DNA of 64,000 bases from Lama glama (GCA_028534125.1 CM052817.1:87980001-88044000); one strand, 5' to 3'. Counted from the stretch's first letter, positions 1 through 14,645 are shown. Numbers and translations: made by a program. The notes: generated from the sequence alone by a model not told the origin.

Positions 1-399
1 TCCCAACATTAGGAAAAGAGATCTCACCTTCTCTTACTAAATTATCCTTCCCCAATTCCATATATTATGATCTGTGTCTAAACTCAATATTCTGTTCTAT
101 TAATTTCCTTGCCTACTTTTATAGTATTGTGTGTCATCTATATTGTTAGAATTTTGATATTTGGAGGTAAAAGGCCAACATTATTACTCTTCTATATCAA
201 TTATTGTCTTGCACATATGTTTTTTCTTCCCAGTAAACTGAGAATCACACAGATTCCAAAAAGAGTTTCTATTCTATTAATTTAGACAAATTATATTGTA
301 CCATATTTTTCTTTTCTATAAAGAGGAAGATTTGTTTTTCTAATTATTAAAATTTCTTTAATTTTCACAGTACTCTTTTATAAATCTTTTAAACCAAGA

Positions 400-515
400 G
401 GTAGAATGTAGTGATAGTCAAAAACTTAGAAGTAGCCATCAGACTAATATAAATTGAAATAGTGATTCTGCTATCTGAATGTGTGACTTTGAAAAATTAC
501 CCAAATTTATTTTAA
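400..515 (+). mobile_element. Degraded MIR-like SINE fragment
   Basis: 'tgtagtgatag...atcagact...gattctgctatctg..tgtgtgactttgaaaaattac' resembles the MIR 5'/core region; highly diverged. Confidence 0.4.
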
Positions 516-799
516 ATACTTTTGTATTTAAATACTGAAATACTTCAAATTTTGCATAGTTATATTTTTTCAAATTAATATTTATCAATACATCATAATT
601 TCTACATAGGAAAGAATTTGTGTTAATATAAATTCAGAAATGAGTATACTTGCCCTAGGAAAACTAGATCATTTTTCTGATCTGATTACTATTACATTCT
701 AGTATTATCAGGATCTAATAATACTGTGATAAAGCCCAGGTAACAGATACAATTAAAGAAAGAAACAGACAAGGGTATTTGAAATTGTTAATCAGAGAT

Positions 800-1990
800 G
801 TCTTGTGCAGACCATTGTACCACTCACATTTCCTTGTACCTTCATTATTACTGTCTCTAATACTTGAAGAAGGAACACATTGTGTGTGAACAGGATGCTC
901 TTATTTCTTCTCTGAGGGGGAAGGTACAATCCATCAGAGTCCTCATGAAGGTCGTATCTTTAAGAAACAAGCTACAGTCCTGTTGCTGCAATTGCTCTTA
1001 TAGCTGAAAATTTTTCACCATCTCCCTTCTCCATTACATATTCTAGATTTCTCTTACCCTTGGGCAGCTCTTGGGGTCAGTCAGCTGTATTTATATGGTG
1101 AGATGATTACTATGGTCTGAATGTTTTGTTCCCCCGAAATTCATGTTGAAACCTAATGGGTAGTGAGATGGTTTTGGAGGTGGGGACTTTAGGAGGTGAT
1201 TCAGTTCTGAGGATAGAGTCTTTATGAGCAGAATTAATGCTCTTATAACAGAGACCCTGGAGAACTGCCTTGCTCCTTCAACCATGTGAGAACACAGTGA
1301 AAAGATATCATCTATGAACTAGGAGGTGGGCCCTCATTAGACACCACATCTGCTGGTTCCTTGATCTTGGACTTTCCAGTCACCAGAATTGTGACAAATA
1401 AACATCTATTGTGTATAAGCTATAAAATCTCTATCATTCTATTATAGCTGTGTTAATGGGCTAAGTCAGGGACTCGCAGATTCATGCTCCAGGCATCTGA
1501 GTCTTAATTGTTTTGCCTTTCTTGTCACAAATGTTACTCTGTAATCACAGGAAGTATACACACCACATCAACAGATGCCAAGTAAATGCCGTAGGTTCCA
1601 GATACTTTTCTTCCTGTAGCAGTTGTATAGTGGCAATTAGAACTTCTCATGATAATCAGGACCTATTACCACTGGCAGCAAATTAACTCCTTCCTTTGCC
1701 TTCTGGTCCATAGCTAGACAAGCAGTGTAAAATGACCAGTGGGGAGTCGCAGTTTCAGTTCCATGGGATGCTTGCTGTGTTGCCTAGTGGAAATAACTCC
1801 TTTCTGCTCCTCGTGCTAGGACCTTTAATCCAGTTTTGGGGATGGGATGAATAATTTATTATCACACATGTAGACTGCTAGTAATGATGGTGAGAGGAGC
1901 CATTGTTATTTTCACCATTTCTTCTGATCCCATGTATTTTAGCTGTTAAGTGTACAGGACGACAGAGTGGAATATGGCTTAATTCATTGA
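800..1990 (-). mobile_element. ERVL/MaLR internal-region remnant (interrupted by MLT1A LTR)
   Basis: Reverse complement of 1590-1850 reads 'ggcaaaggaaggagttaatttgctgccagtggtaataggtcctgattatcatgag...gaaaagtatctggaac', like the dUTPase-derived region of ERVL-class internal sequences; boundaries approximate. Confidence 0.6.
1108..1468 (+). mobile_element. MLT1A-type MaLR solo LTR
   Basis: Starts 'tactatggtctgaatgttttgttccccc', has 'ccttgatcttggactttccag' and AATAAA, ends 'ctaagtca'; ~360 bp. Confidence 0.88.
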
Positions 1991-2329
1991 ATTGAAGATG
2001 CCTTTGTTTATGAAACTTATTTTTTATGTGTTACCAAAAAGTAAAATTTAATTGCCAATTAAACTATTCTACTATTGTGCAATATATAAAATACTATATT
2101 TTCATATCACACAGACTTTTAAAGTTCGTTTTATATCTCCTGAAAAAGCTTTTTAAAACTTCTATTTCATGAAATCTAAGACAAAGCATTATTTTACATA
2201 CCATTAAGAAAAAAGCCTTGCAAATATAAATTTAATATACCACTGATTGTCAATGATTGAATGTAAATTATTCCAGAGATGATAAAAAGTGAAAAAAATA
2301 TGACTAACAACTGATAATATAAATTGAAG

Positions 2330-2900
2330 TGAGAATGAAGGTAATAACATCTAATGCTAAGGGAGAAGTTGTATTCTAATGCGCTAAATGGTAGAAATGT
2401 GCAATGTTTCCTGCCTTCTTGAAAATCAGTCAACATCTGTTAAAGTTTAAATGCTCATATTCTTAGACAGCATTTTTGGTCCTGTGACTCTACTAGATCA
2501 AAACAGAAACTATACTTCAATGACTTTATTCTAGGTAATATTTACCATAGATTTGCTTATCATACCAAAACACTATCCACAACATGAATGCCCGACACAT
2601 TTGAGCTTCTGAATAAGTTGTGACCGTACAAAAAATAAATATTAAGGCAATAAAAAGAATTAATTAAAATAATAAGCACATGATTATATTCAGTAACAAA
2701 TGGAAAGAAAAAACTTATATAACATGAAGCAGTTTTTACTGAACAATAAAAAATCCTCTATGTATATTTTGTATATTAGTTCATTACTATGGAGAAAAGT
2801 GTGGGTAATCTATGTAGGCTATATAAGGGGGGAAGATGGATAGGTAAATAGGAAAATGATACTACAGCATTTTTTGATAATCACAAATTATTAGTTAATA
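2330..2900 (+). mobile_element. Old L1 (L1ME-like) 3' fragment
   Basis: A-rich; 'cttgaaaatcagtcaacatctgttaaagtttaaatgctcatattc' and 'aacatgaatgccc' resemble degraded L1 3' end motifs. Confidence 0.45.
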
Positions 2901-3521
2901 ATAAATGCATAATCCTATCTATGAATATTTTATAAAATATGTAGATGTTGATTTTTCACTTTGCAAAGACTAAAAGATTATACCAATGAAAACATTCACT
3001 TGACTTCTTTATAAATCTGAACAGATTTTTTATTGGATTTCCATTGGTTCTCTATAATATCTCATATAATGCTTGTGGAAAAAGATTTTTCATAATTATC
3101 TCCATATGGCCAATTACATCTTTCATCTTTATAAAGTTACCTGCTTGCTACTTTAAATTATTTTCATTTTAAATCATATTTTTCTTTTATTTATAAAATA
3201 AACAACAAAAGTATTTGATAAAGAACACATATTAGTATAGCTGATCTGAATTTGAAAAGCTTGAGTGAATTATTTGAATCTGAGAGAAAATAAGGAAATA
3301 TCTGAATATTTGAACTTGAATATATCAAGGGAAAATAAGAAATGTTTCACTCAACCATATATACTGTACAGCTATTTTAATGCTATTTAAGTGGTTTGAC
3401 CTTTAGTTTCTAGTTTCATGTAAGGGAATGAGTACATATTTTATTTTCCTCATACTACCTTAGAGCAGGTAGGATTTACACCAATATTTTATTAAATTAC
3501 AAGTGCAGAGAAATACACTTA

Positions 3522-3800
3522 TGGGGCATAGCTTAGTGCAGGCTCAAGATGCAAAGCAAATGGTTTGGAACGTTGAACCCACAATTGACAGCCTGTGATC
3601 CTAACGACTAACTTAATTTCTGGTATCTCAGTTTTCTCATGTTAAAATAGGAACAGTAATAATACATCCCTGAAAGAGCTATTATTAACATTACACATGT
3701 CTAAGAGCTATTTCTTGAGGGAGTACGTATTTCATGTCAAGGAAACAGTCTGGCAAATAAAAACGCTCAATGAATGTCAGCTGTTACTGATGTTGTTATC
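3522..3800 (+). mobile_element. MIR SINE
   Basis: Core 'tgtgatcct...acttaatttctggtatctcagttttctcatgttaaaataggaacagtaataata' and tail 'aacgctcaatgaatgtcagctgttact'. Confidence 0.75.
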
Positions 3801-4904
3801 CTCTCTACTTAAGCGCACTTCTCCGAGGGAGGAGAGAGCTCAGTAAGACAATAACTTGGCCTGGTTTCTCTGACGGACAATGTTAACATATTAAAATGAA
3901 TAGTAACAGACTCATATTCATATCCATCTCTCTTTCTCTTTCCCTTTCTTTTTATCTCTGTCTTGCTATAAACTATTTTCATGCTACAAACTTTCATAGA
4001 CAGTAATCTCAATATCTAAACATTTTAAAAGTAGAAGCAAATTTTCCTTTACTCTTATATTTCTATCACTCAAAGCATAATACAGTTAAGATCTAAACAT
4101 TGATATTGTTAACCAAGGAACATAGTAGAGAATTTAGGTTATCAAGAGAAGAGAGGAGACAAATAAAACACAACAGAAAAAGAAAATATTATTGATTTCA
4201 TCCTGGCCAGTATTTCATTCTGTGTTGCTTTTTTTCAAAATCTACAACCTGAAAATACAAACAGTTTAGAGAATTCTCTCATTATAAGGCTACTTGTAGC
4301 ATACTACTCTGGCATCATAGAGAAATGTCCATTTTGGATATTGCTATGTTTTAAAATTTTAACATAATTTGAGATATTTCAAGCTTCTAACATACATTAG
4401 AACTTTTTTGTGGTAGAATAAACTAGCCAACAGATCTTATTCAATGCTTGTCTTCCCTTCAGTGTTTCAGCCATGTTGTTTCCTCTCAAAACTGTCCTGC
4501 ACACTCATTACCTCACGTGAGAACTGGGTGTTGATCTCCAGTTGATGATAAAGACTCCCTGTTTCATTCATTTCACATTCAATTTGGAAGCATCAGTGGA
4601 TTTCTAGAATTGGTACTAAGTGATACTATAAGAAAAGTTTTTGCTGTGTATTCTCCACAGTCTCAGGCTCTTTCTCTTATTTTTGTACTTCCCTTTTTAT
4701 ATATTCTCCCAGAGATTTTTATCTGTGTCATATTGTTGCCAAGATCCTTTATTCTGATCATTTTGTTTCCTAGGAAGGGATTCCCAAGTTTCAACATTTT
4801 CTGAGCTGGAGAATTAACCTCTAAAGATCACTGGGCTAGAGAATCTCTTAAGGCTTACAAGTCTGGGATCACCAAGGGCCCAGAGAGGAAAATATATCTT
4901 TACT

Positions 4905-7415
4905 AGTTTAAACATTTCTCCACAGGGAAAAATCTAGGCCCAGATGACCTCACTGGTGAATACAATTAAACACTTTAAAAAAGAAATAATATCAATTGTA
5001 CATGAACCCTTCCTGAAAATTGAACAGGTCTGAGTATGTCTCAACTCATTCTATAATGTCAGGGAAATGATAACAGCAAAAACCAGACCAGGATACTATG
5101 AAGAACTAAAAACTATATGGTAAAAAACTAAAAATTATTATCAGAATTTTAGCAAATTCATCTATCAGTACAAAAAAAAAAAACCACCTGATTACCAAGT
5201 ATGGTTTCTTCTAGTTGATTTAACATTTATAAAGTCAATTAGTTCTTTATATAAATTTTTTAAAAATTAAAATACTACTATCAAAATATTACATCCAATA
5301 CTGATAGAAATTATCAAAACATTAAGATAGATGGAGACTTCCTAAACTTGATAGAAAGCATCTACAAAAAAATCTACAACAAATATCGTATCTTGTGGTA
5401 AAAATTTAATCCTTTACTCTGGAGATATGGAAGAAAACATGATTTCTATTCCCACCACTTCTATCCATCATTGTACAGAGATTCTAGTCAATACAATATC
5501 TGAGAAGAAAAAGGCATCTAAATTAGAAAGGAAGTTTTTTCTCTGATGAGCTTTTATATATTTATTTGCAAACAATGCGATCATCCATTCAGTAGAATCT
5601 GAACCTACTGAAACATGTAAGTGAATTGAACACAAAAATGAATAAGTGAGTGAAGGAAACAATATCTTTATACAAAAATCAATTGCATTTTATATAATAG
5701 TAATGAATAATCAGAAATTACATTTATAATCAATGCCATATAAAGGTGTCAAAACTTATGACATACTTAGAGATAAATCTCACAAAAGATTAAGAAAGAC
5801 CTGTGCACAGAAAATTATAAAACACTGGTATGATAAATTAAAGAAGAGCTAAATAAATAAAGGATATACCATGTTCATGAGTTGAAAGACTTGGTATTAT
5901 TAAGAGGACAATTCTGTCCAAACTGATATACAGATATAAAGGAATTCCAATCAAAATCCCAGCAGGTGCTCTGTGGAAATTGAAAATGTTGTTTTCAAGT
6001 TTATATGGAAATGCAAAATTATATAATATTTTTAAAAGCTTTGAGAGAGAAGAACAAAATAACCAACCTTACCTTTTCATAAGATATAAGGCTACAATAA
6101 TCAAGATATGTGGTATTGGCATAAATTCTAAGAAACAGAGCAACAGAACAGAATAGGAAATAGTGACAGTTGCAGAGGCAATTCAGTGGAAAATAATTTT
6201 TTAAAGTGGTGATAGAACAGTTGCATTATCATTTACAAAAAATGTACTTAGACCCATACCTCACAACATACAAAAATTAAGTCAAAATTAACCAGAGATC
6301 TAAATATAAATCCCCAAACCATAAAATATCTGGAAGAAAGCATAGGAGAAAATCTGTTACCATGAGTTCAACAAAGATTCATTAGATATGACACTTGTAG
6401 ACATGCTCTATCAAAACAAAGTTGGTAAATTTGACTTCATCAAAATTAAAAATCTGCTTTTCAAAGATACTGCTAAGAAAATGAAAGAACAGTACCCAGA
6501 CTGGGAAAAATACTTGCAAATCATACATATGATAAATTACTTGTATCTAGAATATGTAAAGGCTTCTCAAATTCAATAATAAAAAATAAAATAAAAAGCC
6601 AATTTAGAACAGGCAAAAGATTTGAACAAATAATCCCAAAAAGATAAACATGTAAATAAGCACATGAAAGATGGTCAAAATACTGATTATCAAAGACAAG
6701 CAAATTAAATAAGATAACACTACACAACACTTAGAATGGCAATTAAAATTCCAGACATCCCAAAGGCTGGTGAAGATATGAAGAAACTAGAATTTTCATT
6801 CACAGAATCACCTAGAAAAATAGTTTGACAGTTTTGTTAAATTTAACAATACACCTACCTACCATATACACTATCCATTCTACTCTTCAGTATTTATCTA
6901 TGAGCTATGTAAGCATGCATTCATACTTTTTCAAGAATTTTCATAGAGTCTTTACTTGTAATAACTTAGATCTGGAAGCAATCCAAATGTTCATCACCAA
7001 TTCAATGAATAAGCAAACTGGTATATCATGGCCATATTACTCAAGAATAAAAATGAGTGTACACTATAAGTTGGATGACACCTCAGAATAATTTTATTGA
7101 GTTAAAAATCTACAACCTTCGTAAAAGAATGGATACTTTATAATTTAATTTTATAAAATTTCAGAATATGCAAAATAATCCAAGTAAATGTAAAAAGCAG
7201 ATCAAGGATGCTTAGAGTTGGGGAGAGAATACAAATAAGGAAGAAGGCAAGAAATATAAAGGGGCATGAGGAAACTTTGGGGGGCAATGAATATGTTCAG
7301 TGTCTTTTGGTAGTGATGGCTTCACAGGTGTTTACATATGTTAAAACTTAAATTGTACACTCTAAATATGTATAATTTTTTGTATGTGACTTCTTCAACA
7401 GTGCTGTTAGAAAAT
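4905..7415 (+). mobile_element. L1 (L1MC/L1MD-like) 5'-truncated: ORF2 RT/C-terminal remnant plus 3'UTR
   Basis: 'aggcccagatgacctcactggtgaa' (PGPDGFTGEF region), 'tgtggtattggc', 'gactgggaaaaatacttgcaaatcat'; track ORF 6388-6579 gives L1-like 'FDFIKIKN..WEK'; 3'UTR 'ggggcatgaggaaactttggg'. Confidence 0.92.
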
Positions 7416-7609
7416 GTAAATTTGATGCATTAATTTTGTGTTATAATAATTATAGTAGTAGAAAGGTGTGGGTGCAGTTCTGGAAGAAGTAACCTTGATT
7501 ATATAAATTCTAAATGAACTCCTCTGGTTGACACTGCAAAATAAAATGTCAGACTGAGAAAAAATTAATACAACCTGAGAATTTAATAATGGAAATTACT
7601 ATTAATAAT

Positions 7610-7700
7610 GAGTAATACTTATTCAGTACTTACTGTGTCATAGGCCTTTTTCTAAGAGTATCCCATATATATTGTTAATATGATGTAACAACCCTATGAA
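7610..7700 (-). mobile_element. MIR fragment
   Basis: 'aatacttattcagtacttactgtgtcatagg...aacaaccctatga' is the reverse-strand MIR 3' part. Confidence 0.6.
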
Positions 7701-10700
7701 CATTCTTCCTATGGAAATCTTCAGTAATCATCATAGTAGTCACATGGACTTTCAGATATTTTCCATGCCATAGCTTTACTTCTACCTGGAAAGAGTCTGA
7801 ATGAGTAACTTGCCTCTGTTATTTCCAGAGCCTGATCCTACAGAGTCAAGGCCACTCTCTTTCAAGATATAATTTACGTATGCTCTAATAGGCAAGTGAA
7901 CAAATTACAATATTCTGAAATTTTTGTCTCTATTCTCTGTGTGAAAACTTTCCATGAACGCTACTTTTTAATATTTTATTAGTGTATAGGTGAAAAGATT
8001 GCCTCTTGTCACAATAGAAAGGGATAGTAGTGGATAGGTTGTAATTAGCTATCATTACTGTTCATTAGATCAAATGTATATGGATTTAAGGCACATTTAA
8101 CCCTTTGGAAGCAATTCTTGTAAAAATTTAGGAATCTTAACTATTTACGAATTATTTACAACTATTGTCTGCTCAATCTGTTTTCTGAATCTCACCTCTA
8201 ATGTTCCTGAACATGAGGATCAATATTTTTATTTTGAATACTAAGCACCTGGAAGAGTAAATAATACAAAGCATGGGCCCAGTGTGTGCCAGTTTAACTC
8301 AAATAAATTCAAAACAAATACAAGTCTCAACTTGCTCTAATAAGTCCCTTCTTTGTCATCGTGTCCATCTTTCTCTCTGCCTATCCCATTTATTATCTAA
8401 TATGAGCATTGTATGAGGTTTCATTAAGAAAGTCAGATTTAGATAGGAATATAGAAGGGATAGTATTTCAAAGTTGCTTCATGTGCAGTGATTTTCATAA
8501 GTTTTCTAATTTCTGCTTTCACATTTCATATAATTTTATATTGCAAACATTATTCATCAAACCTGAAACTTTTAATTTCCTGATTGAAGAGGATAACTTT
8601 AGATCCTGTTCATGCTTATATATTTAACCAACACACAATTTACTCTAATTTTGACAGAATTTAATTTAATCACTTTATGGGTAATATCTTTGATCTTTGA
8701 TTTGAATTTTATTTCTCTCAGATTCAGAAGCTGTTATATAAATAAAGTTTAATTACATGCATATTAATCATTTATATCTTAATATTCTTTCCTAATACAG
8801 AATGTCAAATATTCAACTTTAATTCAAACACCTCTATAAGGTTTTTCAAAGTATTTATTCTGTCTACTCCCTATGATTTCCACATTTTTAGCATTTATAT
8901 CATATAATTTTGCCCAGAAGTTAAGAGTTAAGTTACTTTTCCAGAATATTTTTCCTCTCTATGTAAAAAATTTTTTCTATTAGTGGATAAAATAATTGAT
9001 TTATCAGAGAAAAATAATGTGGAAAATATGCTTTTCAAATGCTCAGAGTTCAAAATTTAAAAACTGTATGTAAGTATGAAGTATGGAACTTGTTATATTT
9101 TATTAAGGCTAGCTATCTTTGTTAACATCAACTATAAAATCCAGATCATCATTCTAACTCTTATTCATGGGTAACTGTTGAACCACTGTCAAAAAAGTAG
9201 AATGTCAAATGTTTTCCCATATATCATAAGTTCAATATTAATTTCATGTTAATGATACAATTAAAGAAAAATCTATCATCAATATTGTCACACTCTAAAC
9301 AAAAGTGATACCTATTTCTTTTTTTTTCTACCATACTGTCGACATTACTGAGTGCCATAATAGGAGTAGATACAACAAAATGCATTACATTTTATCCTAT
9401 CTATAACACGTATATTTGAATTTTTAACACAAATCTTGGGCTGAAATTTATATAAATTTATTGGCTGATACATTTGTTATCATTTTCTAATAAAATTTGA
9501 TCCAAATGTTTTATACATTATGAAATTGTAATGACCAAAGTAAAACATTTGTTTCCTGACTACTCAGTTTGTTGGAAATTTTATCATTGATTTTCAGGGC
9601 AGGAAGCTCAGACATTTTAACTTTCTGAAAACGTTTAAATCTTTGAAGAGAAAGAACACAAATCTATAGTCAAATTTGAAAATATTTTGTGTCCATTTAA
9701 TTCTAATTTGAGTTTTAATGTTTTTTTATGTACATATGCAAAAATAACATTTTAGTTTCCAACATTAATTATCTGGGGAAAGGGAAAGAACCAATAAAAT
9801 TAATCTCTTTAAGCTTTCTGAACAAAAATAAATTTATTAGACTAACGGAGCAAAAAATAAATTTATAGTCCAGGCATCAATTCTGAAGTTTATTTTTATG
9901 GTGAAATTAGTGGGACATCATTTGATACCATTTTTTAAATATATTTTAAAAACCAAATGTTGAAATCTACAACTAGAAAATAATTGTGTTCCTAAGAAAA
10001 ACCTACAAGGCTTGATTTGACAATTAACCATGGTTTTCTTTTTAGGGTTGGTGAATCCTTTCATATAGTTTTTAAAAAAATAGAATAAAGATGAAAATTC
10101 AGTATAAAGCAATAAAAAATCAGTTAAAAAATAACTAGAAAAATGTCACCAAGAAGTGGGTTGCAGGAAGCTAGAAGTGACCTGTGGGCATGTTGTTATG
10201 TACGTGATGAGTTCAGACTTGACTAATTATTTGTCTGTCCTTGTATTTTTAAGCTATATAATACAAGGTGCTTACTTTATGAATCCAATGCACAATAAAG
10301 GCATTAGCTTTTCTTTTGAATTTATACTTACTCATTTACCAAGCTATTCATTAGTAAATATGTAACAACTATTATGGTTTGATAGAAAAAATTGTTTGGC
10401 TCATGTATCAGGACAGTCATAGGAGATAATAAAATTATATCCTTATCAATTATAACAAAATATCTAAATAACTGTATAAAAAACAAATCTTGATTATACA
10501 TGGTTGGATTTTCAGCATAAATTATCAGATTTTAACTTAAGAATTTTTAGTGTAAAAATACTCAAAAATCTAAATTCTATTCTATCAATGCTAAATTGGG
10601 TTAATTAAAATATTCCAAATAACATAAACATTTATGCAAATAAATCAAACAAATAGAAATTTTAAACCCTAATGATGGATTTTGAAGTTATTCCATCATG

Positions 10701-10948
10701 ATGATAGCTCTAAAATTTAAAAAATAGGACTTTGTCCTACTATCATGCATTAATTATATTATTTTTTCTATATTGAATATATAACTTAAACTTTCAGGGG
10801 CAACTTGATCTCTTTTGGGTTGAGTGACTTTCCCCATCATTGGCATAGTACAGTAGCTTAGTGCACTTCTCTCTCCTAGGCTTTCAACTGTATAAGCATC
10901 CATGCAACTGCTGATCTTATAATTTCAGTTCTCTGTCTGTCACAAAGT

Positions 10949-11000
10949 CACACATACACACACACACACACACATACACATACACACGCACACACACACA
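10949..11000. repeat. (CA)n microsatellite, imperfect
   Basis: Direct observation of a CA run with occasional TA/CG interruptions. Confidence 0.97.
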
Positions 11001-11329
11001 AAGCACATCCGCCCCTAATTATTCATGCATTTACTGTGAGTCAGGAAAATTTTCTTACAAATTGGCACATAGCCCTGAAGATACTTGGTTGGTTCAGGAA
11101 GAATTATTTTCATTTAAAATAAGTAATAATAGAAACAGACCTATCATATCAAGTATAAAAAATTCTATAGGAATAACATATCATCAATAAGACAGCACAG
11201 AGAAAAATAAACACAAAAATGTTTGCTATACATTAGATTAAAATCATGTTCATAGATTTCTTTTAAAGTAAGTAAATACATAGTATATTAAAAAGTTACT
11301 AGGAAATTTTGTTTTAGAATTCTAGGAAT

Positions 11330-12040
11330 ATGGAATATAAGCTAGAAGAATTCAGAAGAGAGGAGAAAGATTGTAAAAGTCATTGCAGAAATAAAGATTT
11401 CCTTTAAGCCCTCAAAAAAAGAATAATCTCTGTTCAATACATAGTTAATGAAAGTAAACATTAACTCAAGTGAAAATGAGCAAAATAAAGTGGAAATGAG
11501 CAAAAATTTGAGTTGTTTAGAGAGATATTTCATTGATGTGCAAGATAGCCCATTTATCTATATTCCCAATATATCCATAATTGGTATCCTGGAGGAAGAG
11601 AAACAAATAAGGTGGTTACAGAAATACTAAAAATTATAATAAAGTATTCCAAAAATAAAAGAAGACTTCAGAATTTAACACAATGTACCCCATACTATTC
11701 CAAATAAGAAATGCTGGATACCAAGAAAAATCATGCCACGTTTATAAGATAAGGAATAAATCCTTTGAAAGTACAGGGAGTAAAAGTCATCTCCTAACTT
11801 AAAATAAGCTGGGTGAATTCTGATATTAAATTCACAAATTCAGAACTAGAAGAAAATGAACAATGACTATAAAGTCTTTGGTAAGAGAAAGAGTGAACAA
11901 AGAATTTTAAACAGAGTTAAACCGTCATTTAAACATAGTAACAAAAGGAAGACATTTTCAAACATGATGAAACTTTTAGAGGACATTCTCATTTTAAGAA
12001 AAACTGCTGGACAAATAATTTTAGACAACTGAGAAATAAA
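11330..12040 (+). mobile_element. Old L1 ORF1-region remnant (L1M/L1ME-like)
   Basis: Purine-rich; 'cccaatatatccataattggtatcctggaggaagaga' (NI.IIG.PE motif of ORF1p) and 'ctagaagaaaatgaacaatgactataaagtc'. Confidence 0.6.
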
Positions 12041-12049
12041 AGAAGAATG

Positions 12050-14645
12050 TATGCAAGAAGGTGGTATAGGAATTTCTGGCACCTGTCCCCTCCCAGAAAC
12101 ATTAATTTGAACAACTGTCCAAAAACAAAAAACAAAAACAAAATTTCACAAAGAGCTAAGGATTCCAGGTAAGGATTTCTAGCACCTGAATGAAGCACAA
12201 AAATATGCACTGAAGACTGTAAGAAAGACAGGTTCATATTATTTTCATCGATAAGCCCAAGTAGCCCAGCACTGAGAGAAACACCCGTGGGAAAATGAGA
12301 GTGAAATGAGCAGCTGACTTCACTGAAGACATCAACGTCGGCCAAGCTCTAGCACAAGGTCAACTCACAGCTAATGATGGCTCCCATGGCCCCAGGCTCC
12401 CATTAGATTCCTGTAAATCTTGGCTTCTGGTGCATCCCTCCACAAGCTGGCTCCCCTCATCTCAGGCAGCTCCTGTGGCCACAGGCTCCAAACCAGCCCC
12501 TGTAAATCCAGACTCCAGACTCCTAAAAAGGACAGCAACTGTTTGGCCCCACAACCTAGTCTCTAGACTGGTTCCAGCAGACTAGATGTGGAAACTAAAC
12601 AACTCCTTAACACCAATGGGTAAAATAAGAAATCCAAGGGGAAATAAAAAAAATCTTGAAATAAATAAAAGTGGAAACACAACATACAACAATTATGGGA
12701 TGTAGCAAAAGAATTTCTAAGGGGTAAGTTATAGTAATGAATGCCTTAAAAGAAAAAAGGAAAGATCACAAATAAACAACCTAAATTTACAACTCAAGGA
12801 GCTAGAAGAAGCATAAACTTAGCCCAAAGTTAACAGCAGGAAGGAAATAACAAAGATTAGAGCAGAAATAATCAAAACAGAGGCCAAAAAAAAAATAGAA
12901 AAGAGCAATGAAACTGAAAGTAGTTTTTTTTTTTTAAGATAAACAGAATAGACAAACTTTGACTGGAATACTTAAGAAAAATAGAGAAGACTGAAATAAA
13001 TAAAAGCTGAAATGAAAGTGGTAAAATTACAGCTGACATCACCAAAATACAAAGCATCATGAGACTGCCATGAAAATTATACACCAACAAATTTGATAAC
13101 CTAAAAGAAATGGATGAATTTCTATAAACATACAACCTACCAAAACTGAATCATGAAAAAATACAAAAAACTGAACAGGTGAAAAACAAGTAAGGAGATT
13201 GCATCAATTTGCTTATCAATTCAATCTCAACAGAGAAAAGTTTGGGGCCAGATGGCTTCACTGGTGAAGTCTATCAAATATTTGAAGCAGAATTAAGGCT
13301 AATCCTTCTCAAACTCTTCTAAAAAAAATTGAAGAGGGGGGAGTACTCCCAAACTCATTTTATGAGGCCAGTATTATTACCCAGATACCAAAGCTATATA
13401 AGGACACTACAAGAAAAGAAAACAACAGCACAATATCCCTGATAAATACAGATACAAAAATTTCCAACAAAATACTAGCAAATTGAATTCAACAGTACAT
13501 TAAAAGGATCACAAGAATGATCATGTGTGATTTATCCCTTGAATGTACTATTGTATTGATTTGCATGTGGTTCAATACATGCAAATCAATAAATTTGATA
13601 AGACACATTAATAGAATGAAAGGTGAAAGCATATGATCATCTCAAAAGTTGCAGAAAAAGCTTTTGACAACATTTAACATTTCTAGTAAAAACTCTCAAA
13701 AAGTGGATTCTAGAAGGAAGCGACTTCAACATCATTAAAGCCATATATGACAAATCCACAGCCAACATCATACTCAATGGTGAAAGTTTGAAATGTTTCC
13801 CAATAAGATGAAGAACAAGGCAAGAGTGCTCACTCTCACCAGTTTTATTCACTTCAGTACTAGAAGCCACTGACAGAACAATCAAGGCAAGAAAACAAAG
13901 TAAAATGAATCCAAATTGTACCAGAAAAAGTGAAAGTTTCTCTGTGAATGATAGGATCTTACATATAGAAAATCCTAAACACTCCACCAAAAAATTGTTA
14001 TAGCTGATTAAATAATTCTGTAAAGTTGCAGCATATAAAATCAATGTGTAAAATTAGTTGTATTTCTTTATACTAACAATGAACTAAAAGCAGAAACAAA
14101 AACAATCCCATTAACAATTGTATAAAAAGTAATAAAATATTTAGGAATAAATTTAAACAAGGCAGTAAAAGATTTGTACTCTGAATATTATGAGACTTTG
14201 ATGAAAGAAACTGAAGAAGACACACAATAAATGGGAAGATATCCCGTGTTCGTAGATCAGCGGAATTAATATTGCTTAAATGTCCATACTATCCAGAGAC
14301 ATCTATAGACTCAGTACAATCCTTGTCAAAATTCTAATAACATTTTATAATTCCTAAAAATTGAATGGAACCACAAAAGACTCTTGAGAAAGAAGAACAA
14401 AACTGGAGGCATCGTACTCCCTGATTTCAAACTTTATTAAAAAGCTATAGTAATCGAAACAATCCGTTTTTTACATAAAAGAAGACACACAGACCACTGA
14501 ACAGAATCGAGAGCCCAGGTGTAAACCCACATGTGTACAATCAACTAGGGAGTATTTGACTAGGGAGCTAAGAACACTAAATGGGGATAGGATAGTCTCT
14601 TTAATAATTGGTGCTGGGAAAACTGGATATTCACTTACAAAAATT
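12050..14645 (+). mobile_element. L1 (L1M2/L1MA-like): 5'UTR joined to ORF2 remnant, 3'-truncated
   Basis: 12050-12585 GC-richer 5'UTR with 'cctgtaaatc/ggctcc' repeats; 12586-14645 clear ORF2 ('ggggccagatggcttcactggtgaa', 'gatcatctcaaaagttgcagaaaaagcttttgacaa', 'ggtgctgggaaaactggata'). Confidence 0.92.
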
